A stretch of 64,000 nt of DNA from Elusimicrobiota bacterium. Its GTDB lineage: Bacteria; Elusimicrobiota; Elusimicrobia; UBA1565; UBA9628. Made by a program: the position numbers and the translations under genes. Positions 24,276 through 33,517 of the stretch are shown here, piece after piece. The stretch spans positions 10,078-74,077 of the forward strand of contig JAUYSH010000121.1 in the NCBI GenBank assembly GCA_030696455.1. Direction: 5' to 3'. The notes under the pieces are model-generated. The model was not told the DNA's origin and did not search any database. It was given only the letters and a program-made list of their open reading frames with translations. The number at the start of each line of letters is the position of its first letter. Position 1 is the first letter of the stretch.

Positions 24276-26420
24276 ATGGTAATCACCGACTCGTATAACG
24301 ACTGGCAGCTCCCGCCTCGCCTCGCCCGCCTCAAGGATCTGGCGTACAACCTCTGGTGGAGCTGGCACCCCGAAGCCCGCGCCCTCTTCAAGGAGATCGA
24401 CCTCACCTTGTGGGCCGAGACGCACCATAACCCCGTTTCCCTGATGCGCAACGTCCCTCCGGGCCGCCTAGAGCACCTGGCGGCCGATCCCGCGTTCCTT
24501 TCCCGCCTCGACGCGGTCATCGCCGCCTTCGATCTCTACATGACGACGGACCAGACCTGGTTCGCCAAGAACCACCCCGACATGAAGGGCAAGAACATCG
24601 GCTACTTCTCCGCCGAGTTCGGCGTCCACAACTCGCTCAAGATCTACTCCGGCGGCCTCGGCATCCTCGCCGGCGATCACTGCAAGTCCGCCTCGGACCT
24701 GGGCGTGCCCCTCGTCGGCGTCGGCTTCATGTACCCCGAGGGCTACGTCGTCCAGAAGATATCCTCCGACGGCTGGCAGCAGAACGTCTACGAGTCCGTC
24801 AATTGGGACGTCTCCCCGGTCCGGCCCGTGTTCGGCCCCTCGGGCGGCCGCATGCTGCTCGATATTCCCCTTGGCCGCGGAACCATCAAGGTCGCCGTGT
24901 GGAAGGTGCAGGTCGGCCGCGTGCCCCTGTTCCTGATGGACACCAACGTCGACGGCAACTCGCCGCTCGACCGCGAGATCTCCGGACGCCTGTACGGCGG
25001 CGACCGGACCATGCGCCTGCGCCAGGAGATCATCCTCGGCATCGGCGGCGTGCGCGTGCTGCGCGCGCTCGGCGTGCACCCCGCGGTGTTCCACGCCAAC
25101 GAGGGCCACTCGTCCTTCTTGTTCCTCGAGCTCGCGCGAGAGAAGGTCGCCGGCGGAACGCCGCTTGATGCGGCGCTTAATAGTGTCGGGGAGAACGCCG
25201 TGTTCACGACCCACACCCCCGTCGAGGCCGGCCACGACGTGTTCGCCGAGGAGATGATCGCGGAGTACTTCTCGTCCTATTGGCCTCAGCTCGGCGTGGA
25301 CCGCGAGCGCTTCATGGATTTCGCGCGCGTGCCCGGCCACACCGGCTGGAACATGACGGCGCTGTCGCTGAAGATCGCCTCCCGCCGCAACGCGGTCAGC
25401 CGCCGCCACGGCCAGGTCTCCCGCGAGATGTGGAAGTGCCTGTGGCCCTCCTTGCCCGAGAACGAGATCCCGATCGCTCACGTCACCAACGGAGTCCACC
25501 TGCCGACCTGGGTCAACCAGGAGCTCGGCGAGGTGTACGACCGCTACCTCGGGGCCGACTGGCGCGTGCGCCAGGACGATCAAGCGGTGTGGTCCAAGGT
25601 CGCGTCGATCCCCGACGAGGTCCTCTGGCTCCAGCACAACCGCAACAAGAGCGCGCTCCTGCAGCTGGCGCGCGCCCGCGCCCGCGCCCGCTGGATGAAG
25701 GAGAAGCACGACCCGGCCCAGGTCCTGGCCAGCGGCGCGCTGCTCGACCATCCCGCGCTCGTCATCGGCTTCGCCCGGCGCTTCGCGAGCTATAAGCGCG
25801 CGACCTTGATCCTCAGCGACCTGCCGCGCCTCAAGAAGATGCTGTTCGACCCGTGGCGCCCCGTCCAGCTCGTGTTCGCGGGCAAGGCCCACCCCGCAGA
25901 CGACGGCGGCAAGGCCTTGATCCAGCAGGTCTATCAGCTGGCCAAGAACCCCGAGTTCGGCGGCCGCATCGCCTTCATCGAGGACTATGACATGCACGTC
26001 GCCCGCTACCTGGTGCAGGGCGTCGACATGTGGCTCAACAACCCGTTGGCGCCCCTCGAGGCCTGCGGCACCTCCGGCGAGAAGGCCGGCGCCAACGGCG
26101 TGCCCAACTTCTCCGTGCTCGACGGCTGGTGGGAGGAAGGCTTCAACGGCGGCAACGGCTGGCCCATCGGCCAGGCCGGCGGCCGCGGAGCCGGGCCCGA
26201 GGCCGACAAGGCCGACGCCGACGACATCTACCGCACGCTCGAGGAGAAGATCGTGCCCCTGTACTACGACCGCGACGAGCACGGCATCCCCCGCGGCTGG
26301 GTCAAGGTCATGAAGGAGTCTATCCGCTCCGTCGCCTCGGAGTACGGCGCCGATCGCATGGTCAAGGACTACTGCAACCTGCTGTACGCCCCGAAGCGGG
26401 AGGCCGTCGGCTCGCGCTGA
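24276..26420 (+). CDS. glgP: Alpha-glucan phosphorylase (GT35, GlgP-type)
   Basis: Starts at MVITDSYNDW..LAYNLWWSWHPEA... Also has ..YFSAEFG.., ..GGLGILAGDH.. and ..EACGTSGEKAGANG.. (PLP-Lys region). Confidence 0.9.
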   Translation: MVITDSYNDWQLPPRLARLKDLAYNLWWSWHPEARALFKEIDLTLWAETHHNPVSLMRNVPPGRLEHLAADPAFLSRLDAVIAAFDLYMTTDQTWFAKNHPDMKGKNIGYFSAEFGVHNSLKIYSGGLGILAGDHCKSASDLGVPLVGVGFMYPEGYVVQKISSDGWQQNVYESVNWDVSPVRPVFGPSGGRMLLDIPLGRGTIKVAVWKVQVGRVPLFLMDTNVDGNSPLDREISGRLYGGDRTMRLRQEIILGIGGVRVLRALGVHPAVFHANEGHSSFLFLELAREKVAGGTPLDAALNSVGENAVFTTHTPVEAGHDVFAEEMIAEYFSSYWPQLGVDRERFMDFARVPGHTGWNMTALSLKIASRRNAVSRRHGQVSREMWKCLWPSLPENEIPIAHVTNGVHLPTWVNQELGEVYDRYLGADWRVRQDDQAVWSKVASIPDEVLWLQHNRNKSALLQLARARARARWMKEKHDPAQVLASGALLDHPALVIGFARRFASYKRATLILSDLPRLKKMLFDPWRPVQLVFAGKAHPADDGGKALIQQVYQLAKNPEFGGRIAFIEDYDMHVARYLVQGVDMWLNNPLAPLEACGTSGEKAGANGVPNFSVLDGWWEEGFNGGNGWPIGQAGGRGAGPEADKADADDIYRTLEEKIVPLYYDRDEHGIPRGWVKVMKESIRSVASEYGADRMVKDYCNLLYAPKREAVGSR

Positions 26421-26425
26421 CCCTC

Positions 26426-28597
26426 ATGGGCGTCGATCTCGAAAAGCTGAACCCCGAGCAACGGGCCGGGGCGACGCACCTGGACGGCGCCTTGCTCGTG
26501 CTCGCCGGCGCGGGCACGGGCAAGACCCGGGTCATCACCTACCGCATCGCGCGCCTCATCGAGACGGGCGTAGCCCCAGATCGCATACTCGCCGTGACCT
26601 TCACGAACAAGGCGGCCGGCGAGATGCGCAAGCGTCTCGAGGAGCTCGCACCCGGCAAGGGCGCCCTCGTCTGGGCCTTCACCTTCCACTCCTTCTGCGC
26701 CAAGCTCGTGCGCATGCATCATCAGGAGCTGGGCCTGCCGCGCCACTTCACGATCTACGATCAGAGCGACCAGAAGAAGCTCGTCAACGAGGCGATGAAG
26801 GAGCTCGGTATCGACGACCAGAAGTCCAAGGCCGGCCTGTTCGTCAACATCATCTCGCGCGCCAAGGACGACCTGCTCGACGCGGGGTCGTATGAGATCC
26901 ACGCGATGGCGTCGATCGATCAAAGCCGGCAGACGGCGGCGAAGATCTACAAGGTCTATGAGAACAAGCTGAACAAGGCGGGGGCGCTCGACTTCGGAGA
27001 CCTGCTTTTGAAGACCTGCCAGCTCTTGCGGGACCATCCGAAGGTCAGGGAAAAGTGGCAGGAGCACTTCACGCACCTCCTCGTCGACGAGTACCAGGAC
27101 ACGAACCACGCCCAATACATCCTCACGAAAACCCTCGCGGCGAAGCATAAGAACGTCTGCGTCGTCGGCGACGACGACCAGTCGATCTACTCCTGGCGCG
27201 GCGCCAACATCCGCAACATCCTCGAGTTCGAGCGCGATTTCCCCAACACCATGGTCGTGACCTTGGAGCAGAACTACCGGTCGACGGCGCGTATCCTCGA
27301 CGCCGCGGCCTTGGTGATCCACCACAACAAGACGCGCAAGTCCAAGAAGCTCTGGACGCAGGCGCCTCCCGGCGACGAGGTCCGCGTGCAGGAGCTGCCC
27401 AACGAGTACGAGGAGGCGACCTGGGTCGTGCGCCGCATCCAGGACGAGGTGCAGGCGGGCCGCTCCCTGAAAGACGCGGCGGTGTTCTACCGCACGAACG
27501 CCCAGTCCCGCTCCTTCGAGGAGGCCATGCGCCGCGCGCGCATGCCCTACAAGATCGTCGGCGCCATGCGCTTCTACGAGCGCAAGGAGATCAAGGACGC
27601 GATGGCCTACGCGCGCATCGTCGTTAACAAGCGCGACTCGGTGTCCCTCGACCGCGTCATCAACTGCCCGCCGCGCGGCCTTGGCGCCAAGAGCCTCGAG
27701 CTCGCCGAGAACTACGCGGCCGCGCACAACCTCTCCCTGTGGGACGCCTTCTGGGCGCATGGCCAGATCGACGGGCTCGGCTCCAAGGCCCATTCCGCCT
27801 TCAGCGACTTCACCCAGACGCTCGACAAGCTGCGCGAGACCACCGAGACCTTGCCCGCCGGCGGCGCCATGGCCCTCATCTTCGAGCAGACCGGCTACTG
27901 GGCCTGGATCGAGTCCGAGATGGAGCATGACCCCGAGGCCGCGGGGCGCCTGGCCAACCTTCAGGAGCTGCTCAACGCCGTCAAGGAGTACGACGACAAG
28001 GAGAAGCAGGCCGGGCGCGTGAGCAGCCTGGCGACCTACCTCGAGGAGGTCGCCCTGCAGACCGGCCTCGACGACTACGACGAGAACACCCCCGCGGTGA
28101 CCTTGATGACGATCCATCTCGCCAAGGGCCTCGAGTACCCCGTCGTGTTCCTGACCGGCCTCGAGGAGGGCCTGTTCCCGATAGGCGGCGGCAACGCGAC
28201 CCCGGAGGACCTCGAGGAAGAGCGGCGGCTGTGCTACGTCGGCATCACCCGCGCCCGCGAGCGGCTGTACATGACCTACGCCGCCACGCGCCGCCTCTTC
28301 GGCCAGGTCTACGCGAGCCTGCCCTCCCGCTTCATCATCGAGGCGAAATTGTTCGGCTCGGCCGCTCGCGAGTCCTCGCCCGGCGCGGCGCCCGCCTTCG
28401 TCCGCCCGGCGGGAGCGGCGCCGTCCGCCCGCGCGACCGGCTTCAAGAACGGCCAGCGCGTGAAGCATCCGCAGTTCGGCCGCGGGATCGTCGCCGAGAT
28501 CTCCGGCGCCGGCGACACGATGAAGGTGACCGTGCGATTTGATGATGGGCGAGTCGCGAAGCTCCTCACACGCTACGCGCCCCTGGAGCCCGCCTGA
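26426..28597 (+). CDS. ATP-dependent DNA helicase, UvrD/PcrA family
   Basis: MGVDLEKLNPEQRAGATH..LVLAGAGTGKT (motif I), ..LLVDEYQDTN.. (motif II), ..VTLMTIHLAKGLEYPVVF.., ..RRLCYVGITRAR.. Confidence 0.92.
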   Translation: MGVDLEKLNPEQRAGATHLDGALLVLAGAGTGKTRVITYRIARLIETGVAPDRILAVTFTNKAAGEMRKRLEELAPGKGALVWAFTFHSFCAKLVRMHHQELGLPRHFTIYDQSDQKKLVNEAMKELGIDDQKSKAGLFVNIISRAKDDLLDAGSYEIHAMASIDQSRQTAAKIYKVYENKLNKAGALDFGDLLLKTCQLLRDHPKVREKWQEHFTHLLVDEYQDTNHAQYILTKTLAAKHKNVCVVGDDDQSIYSWRGANIRNILEFERDFPNTMVVTLEQNYRSTARILDAAALVIHHNKTRKSKKLWTQAPPGDEVRVQELPNEYEEATWVVRRIQDEVQAGRSLKDAAVFYRTNAQSRSFEEAMRRARMPYKIVGAMRFYERKEIKDAMAYARIVVNKRDSVSLDRVINCPPRGLGAKSLELAENYAAAHNLSLWDAFWAHGQIDGLGSKAHSAFSDFTQTLDKLRETTETLPAGGAMALIFEQTGYWAWIESEMEHDPEAAGRLANLQELLNAVKEYDDKEKQAGRVSSLATYLEEVALQTGLDDYDENTPAVTLMTIHLAKGLEYPVVFLTGLEEGLFPIGGGNATPEDLEEERRLCYVGITRARERLYMTYAATRRLFGQVYASLPSRFIIEAKLFGSAARESSPGAAPAFVRPAGAAPSARATGFKNGQRVKHPQFGRGIVAEISGAGDTMKVTVRFDDGRVAKLLTRYAPLEPA

Positions 28598-28598
28598 G

Positions 28599-28886
28599 AT
28601 GAGCGTCTCGCTTGATGAGGTGAAGAAGATCGCCAAGCTCGCGCGCCTGCGCCTGACCGAGGCCGAGGCCGAGCTGTACGGCGGTCAGTTGACGAAGATC
28701 GTCGATTCGATGTCCGAGCTCGCCGCCGTCGACACGAGCGAGGTCGCGCCCACGACCTCGGTCCTCGGCGCCGTGAACGTGATGCGCGACGACTCGCTGA
28801 TGCCGTTTGAGGACACCGAAGCTTTTCTCGCGAACGCGCCCGAGCGCGACGGCCCCTATTTCAAGGTGAAGAGGGTGATAGAGTGA
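28599..28886 (+). CDS. gatC: Asp/Glu-tRNA(Asn/Gln) amidotransferase subunit C
   Basis: 95 aa: MSVSLDEVKKIAKLARLRLTEAE..L..I...M..L..VDTS.V.PT, typical GatC. Confidence 0.9.
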   Translation: MSVSLDEVKKIAKLARLRLTEAEAELYGGQLTKIVDSMSELAAVDTSEVAPTTSVLGAVNVMRDDSLMPFEDTEAFLANAPERDGPYFKVKRVIE

Positions 28887-30136
28887 TCAAGAATTTTCCG
28901 TTGGCGCTGTCGATTGCGCTGTCTGTCTGCGCCCCGTCCGTTGGCCGCGCTGCGGCCGCCCCCGGAGCGCAGGCCAAGCGCGACCTCGCGGCGGCGAACC
29001 GGCTTTATCACAAGCTCGATCTCGCCGCGGCCTCCGCGGGCTTCGACGCGGCGCTCGAGGAGTTCCCGGGGTGGAAGACGGCGTCGGGCTTTCGCGCCTC
29101 CTGCCGTTGGACGCTGGGCGACCTGGCCGGGGCCGCCGAGGACGCCAAGGTCGCGGCCAAGCTCAGGCCCAACGACGCGTTTTCCTTCGCCGCCCGCGGC
29201 AAGGCCCGGCTCGTGCTCAAGGATTACGACGGCGCGCTGGCCGACTTCCGCGCGTCTTCCGCGGAGGACGCCCGCTCGATCGAGGGCCCGCTCGGCGAGG
29301 GCAGCACGCTCTCCGCTCTCGGCAAGCCGCGCGAGGCGATCGCGGCGCTCAATACGGCGCTCAAGCGAGATCCGGGCTCGGCGGCGGCTTTGCTCATGCG
29401 CGGCTCGGCCAAGGAGCGGCTGCGCGACTATCGCGGGGCGGCCGAGGACTTCGGCTCCATCCTCGAGCTCAATCCGAAGTTCGCGTGGGCGCGCTACTAC
29501 CGCGGCAAGGCCCTGCGCGAGCTCAAGGACTATCGCGGCGCGGAGGGGGAATTCACCGCGTTCGTCGAGGCCAACGAGGATCACGAGGACTCGTTCTACC
29601 TGCGCTCCAACGTGCGCTTCCTCCTCGGCGACTACCGCGGCGCCATCGCCGATCTGACCAAGGTGATCGCGCTGAACCCGCGCAAGGGCCTCGCCTACTC
29701 CAACCGGGGCCAGGCGCGCGCGCTCGTGGGCGACAAGGCCGGAGCCGTCGCGGATTTAAGAAAGGCGCTCGAGCTCGACCCCCAGCGCCGCGCCAAGATC
29801 ACCGCGGCCATCAGCGCCATCGAGGCCGATGGGGAGCCGGAGGCCGAGGCGGCCGAGGAGCCGGAGGCTCGCGCTCCCGAGGCGGCGTCCCCGCCGCGCC
29901 GGGCGCCCGCGCGCGACCGCGACGCGCCGTCGTTCGGCGACGACGGGCCCGGCGTGAGCGTCGAGAAGGAGGGGAAGGACGCCCCTCCTCGCCGGGTGCG
30001 GGCCCCCGAGGCCGATCTCGACGACCTTCCGGCCAAGCCGGAGTCCAAGGACGCGGCGCCGGCGCGGCGCCCGCGCCGGGAGCCGCCGGAACTCCGTCAC
30101 AGCGGCGAGGAAGAGCCTCTCTTCATCGACCGATAA
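28883..30136 (+). CDS. Secreted TPR-repeat protein with a highly charged Pro/Arg/Glu-rich tail
   Basis: The GTG at 28883 overlaps the gatC TGA (GTGA). A signal peptide is followed by repeated ..Y.GA..DF..AL.L.P.. TPR-like units. The C-terminal 110 aa or so are low complexity. Confidence 0.8.
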   Translation: MIKNFPLALSIALSVCAPSVGRAAAAPGAQAKRDLAAANRLYHKLDLAAASAGFDAALEEFPGWKTASGFRASCRWTLGDLAGAAEDAKVAAKLRPNDAFSFAARGKARLVLKDYDGALADFRASSAEDARSIEGPLGEGSTLSALGKPREAIAALNTALKRDPGSAAALLMRGSAKERLRDYRGAAEDFGSILELNPKFAWARYYRGKALRELKDYRGAEGEFTAFVEANEDHEDSFYLRSNVRFLLGDYRGAIADLTKVIALNPRKGLAYSNRGQARALVGDKAGAVADLRKALELDPQRRAKITAAISAIEADGEPEAEAAEEPEARAPEAASPPRRAPARDRDAPSFGDDGPGVSVEKEGKDAPPRRVRAPEADLDDLPAKPESKDAAPARRPRREPPELRHSGEEEPLFIDR

Positions 30137-31588
30137 ATGGATATCACTGAAAAGACCGCCGCCCAGATCGCCGACGCCGTTCGCGGCGGGGAGGTCACGG
30201 CCGAGGCCGTCGCTTCCGCGCATTTCGAGCGCATCGCCAAGCTCGACGGCACGATCAAGGCGTTTCTCGCGGTGACGAAGGACCGCGCGCTCGAGCGGGC
30301 GCGTGCCCTTGATCTAAAACGACAGAAGGGAGGGGCCTTAGGGGCCCTGGCCGGCGTGCCGGTGGCCCTGAAAGACAACATTCAGCTCAAGGGTGTGGAG
30401 ACCACCTGTGGCTCCAAAATCCTGAAGGGGCACATCGCGGCGTACGACGCGACGGTGACCGAACGCCTGGAGCGGGCCGATGCGCTGATCATCGGCAAGA
30501 CAAATCTCGACGAGTTCGCGATGGGCTCCTCGACGGAGAACTCCGCGTTCCAGAAGACGACGAACCCCTGGGACCCGGCGCGCGTGCCCGGCGGCTCCTC
30601 GGGCGGCTCGGCGGCGGCGGCGGCGGCGCGCATGTGCGCGTTCTCGCTCGGCTCCGACACCGGCGGCTCGATCCGTCAGCCCGCCGCGTTCTGCGGCGTC
30701 GTCGGCCTCAAGCCGACCTACGGCCTGGTCTCGCGCTACGGCCTCGTGGCCTTCGCCTCCTCGCTCGACCAGATCGGGCCGTTCACGCGCACGGTCGGGG
30801 ACGCGGAGCTCGCGCTGTCCGTCATCGGGGGGCACGACCCGAAGGACAGCACCTCGTCGACGAATCCTCCGGGGTCGCCGTCGGCCGCCCCTCAAGACCT
30901 CAAGGGCCTGCGCATCGGCTTGCCCAGGGAATACTTCATCGAAGGGCTCGATCCCGAGATCGAGAGATCCGTGCGCGACGCGGTCGCGGCGCTTCAGTCC
31001 CTCGGCGCGGAGATCAAGCCGGTGAGCCTTCCGCACACGAAGTACGCGGTCGCGGCCTACTACATCATCGCCCCGTCCGAGGCCTCCTCGAACCTGGCCC
31101 GCTTCGACGGCATCCGCTACGGCTTCGTCGACAAGGGGGCCTCGAGCCTCACCGAGGTCTATGAGATGACGCGCGGCGCCGGCTTCGGCGCCGAGGTCAA
31201 GCGCCGCATCATGCTCGGCACCTACGCGCTGTCGTCGGGCTACTACGACGCCTATTACGCCAAGGCCCAGCGCGTGCGCACGCTGATGGCCAATGATTTC
31301 AAGGAGGCGTTCAAGCAGGTGGACCTCATCGCCGCGCCCACCACGCCCGCCCCGCCCTTCCGCTTCGGCGAGAAGACGAGCGACCCGATCGCGATGTACC
31401 TGTCGGACGTGTTCACCATCCCCTCCAACATGGCGGGGAACGCGAGCGTCTCGATCCCCTGCGGGCTATCGAAGTCCGGTCTCCCTATAGGCCTTCAGCT
31501 CATCAGCGACGCTTTCCAGGAAAAGAAGCTTCTCTCCGCGGCGAAGGCGTACGAGGCCCTCAAGCCGTTCGCGGCGCTCAAGGGATGA
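30137..31588 (+). CDS. gatA: Glutamyl-tRNA(Gln) amidotransferase subunit A
   Basis: 483 aa with the amidase signature ..GGSSGGSAAAAAA...FSLGSDTGGSIRQPA.. Confidence 0.93.
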   Translation: MDITEKTAAQIADAVRGGEVTAEAVASAHFERIAKLDGTIKAFLAVTKDRALERARALDLKRQKGGALGALAGVPVALKDNIQLKGVETTCGSKILKGHIAAYDATVTERLERADALIIGKTNLDEFAMGSSTENSAFQKTTNPWDPARVPGGSSGGSAAAAAARMCAFSLGSDTGGSIRQPAAFCGVVGLKPTYGLVSRYGLVAFASSLDQIGPFTRTVGDAELALSVIGGHDPKDSTSSTNPPGSPSAAPQDLKGLRIGLPREYFIEGLDPEIERSVRDAVAALQSLGAEIKPVSLPHTKYAVAAYYIIAPSEASSNLARFDGIRYGFVDKGASSLTEVYEMTRGAGFGAEVKRRIMLGTYALSSGYYDAYYAKAQRVRTLMANDFKEAFKQVDLIAAPTTPAPPFRFGEKTSDPIAMYLSDVFTIPSNMAGNASVSIPCGLSKSGLPIGLQLISDAFQEKKLLSAAKAYEALKPFAALKG

Positions 31589-31995
31589 AGGAAGCCAAGG
31601 AATACGCCGCGGGCGGGATCGTCGAGAAGAACGGCAAGGTGCTTCTCGTCAAGGTGACCAACCTCCAAGGCGCGGTCGTCTGGACCTTCCCGAAAGGCCA
31701 TTTGGAAAAAAACGAGACGCCTCTCGCGGCGGCCTTGCGGGAAGTCGAGGAGGAGACGGGCTGGCGCTGCCGCAAGACCGGCCCGCTCGCCTTGGTCCGT
31801 TACCGGTTCAACCGCAACGGACGGCCGGTGGCCAAGAAGGTGCGCTGGTACCGGATGGAGCCGGTGGAGCGCACCGGCAAGCCGGACGCGGTCGAGATCA
31901 TGAAGACGAAGTGGGTGCTTCGCCGCTCCGCGGCGAGATTTCTTTCATATCCGAGCGACCTCAGGCTCATCGCCCGCTATTTGAGGAAGGCGTGA
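31585..31995 (+). CDS. NUDIX hydrolase
   Basis: Nudix box ..FPKGHLEKNETPLAAALREVEEETGW... ATGA overlap with the gatA stop. Confidence 0.85.
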   Translation: MKEAKEYAAGGIVEKNGKVLLVKVTNLQGAVVWTFPKGHLEKNETPLAAALREVEEETGWRCRKTGPLALVRYRFNRNGRPVAKKVRWYRMEPVERTGKPDAVEIMKTKWVLRRSAARFLSYPSDLRLIARYLRKA

Positions 31996-32065
31996 CCATA
32001 GTCCCAGGCCTCGCGGCCGATTCGGGCTGGCGAATTCGCTTTATTTCAATCACAATGGACAACGC

Positions 32066-33517
32066 GTGAAACAATACGAGCTGATCATCGGCCTGGAGGT
32101 CCACTGCCAGCTGGCCACCAGGACCAAGCTTTTCTGCGGCTGCGGCACCGACGGCTTCGGCCAAGCGCCGAACAGCCGCGTCTGCCCGCTGTGCACGGCC
32201 CAGCCCGGCGTGCTTCCGGTGCTCAACCGGCGCGCCGTCGAGCTGGCGTTCCAGGCCGCTATGGCCCTCGAGTGCGAGCTCGCGCCTCGCTCGATGTTCG
32301 CCCGAAAGAACTACTTCTATCCCGACCTGCCCAAGGCCTACCAGATATCCCAATACGACCAGCCCTTCTCCCAGCACGGCAAGCTGCTGATCAAGGCCGA
32401 CGGCAAGGAGAAGTCGATCGGCATCACGCGCATCCACATGGAGGAGGACGCCGGGAAGCTCGTGCACGAGCTCGCCGGGTCCAAGCTCGACGGCTCTCTC
32501 GTGGACCTCAACCGCGCGGGCGTGCCCCTCATCGAGATCGTCAGCGAGCCCGACCTGCGCACCTCCGAGGAGGCCTACGCCTACCTCACCGCGCTCAAGG
32601 AGGTGATCCAGTTCACCGGGGCCTCCCGCTGCGATATGGAGAAGGGGGAGATGCGCTGCGACGCGAACGTCTCGGTTCGGCCCGTCGGCCAGAAGGAATT
32701 CGGGACCCGGACGGAAACGAAGAATCTCAACTCGTTCAAGAACGTCAAGGACGCCATCGAGGCGGAGCGCGACCGGCAGATCGCGGTCCTCGAAAACGGC
32801 GGCAAGATCGTCCAGGAGACGCGCCTGTGGGACGCGGCCCTGCAGGCGGGGCGCTCGATGCGCACGAAGGAGGACGCGCACGACTACCGCTATTTCCCCG
32901 ATCCCGACCTCGTGCCCCTCGTCGCGGACCCGGCATGGGTCGCCAAGCTCCGGGCCGAATTGCCGGAGCTTCCGGCGAAAAAAAGGGCTCGACTTACGTC
33001 GGAATTGGGGCTATCCTCCTACGACGCCGAGGTTCTGACGGGCGATAAGGCTCTCTCCGAGTATTTCGAGGAAGCCGTCGCGGCCGCTCCTCCCGGGTCC
33101 GCCAAAACCGTGTCCAATCTTTTGACCACTGAAATGCTGGGACGCCTCAACGCCGAGGGCAAGTCCGCCGCGGAGTCGCCCGTCGCCGCCGCGCACCTGG
33201 GAGAACTCGCCGGACTCATCGCCGGAGGGACCCTCTCCTCCAAAGGAGCCAAGGACGTTTTCGCCAAGATGTGGGAGACCGGCAAGGGGCCGAAGGCGCT
33301 CGTCGACGACCTCGGATTGACGCAGGTCTCCGACGACAAGCAGATCATGGAGTGGGTCAAGCAGGCGCTCGCGGCCAATCCCAAGGCCGCCGCCGATTTG
33401 AAGGGAGGCAAGGACGCCGCCATCGGCTCGATCGTCGGCGGCGTCATGAAGCTCTCCAAGGGCAAGGCGAACCCCGCCCTCGTCAACAAGCTCATTAAGG
33501 AGGCCGTGAAAGCATGA
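32066..33517 (+). CDS. gatB: Asp/Glu-tRNA(Asn/Gln) amidotransferase subunit B
   Basis: 483 aa: MKQYELIIGLEVHCQL.T.TKLFC.C.., ..NYFYPDLPK.YQISQ.., with a C-terminal GatB/YqeY domain. Confidence 0.93.
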   Translation: MKQYELIIGLEVHCQLATRTKLFCGCGTDGFGQAPNSRVCPLCTAQPGVLPVLNRRAVELAFQAAMALECELAPRSMFARKNYFYPDLPKAYQISQYDQPFSQHGKLLIKADGKEKSIGITRIHMEEDAGKLVHELAGSKLDGSLVDLNRAGVPLIEIVSEPDLRTSEEAYAYLTALKEVIQFTGASRCDMEKGEMRCDANVSVRPVGQKEFGTRTETKNLNSFKNVKDAIEAERDRQIAVLENGGKIVQETRLWDAALQAGRSMRTKEDAHDYRYFPDPDLVPLVADPAWVAKLRAELPELPAKKRARLTSELGLSSYDAEVLTGDKALSEYFEEAVAAAPPGSAKTVSNLLTTEMLGRLNAEGKSAAESPVAAAHLGELAGLIAGGTLSSKGAKDVFAKMWETGKGPKALVDDLGLTQVSDDKQIMEWVKQALAANPKAAADLKGGKDAAIGSIVGGVMKLSKGKANPALVNKLIKEAVKA

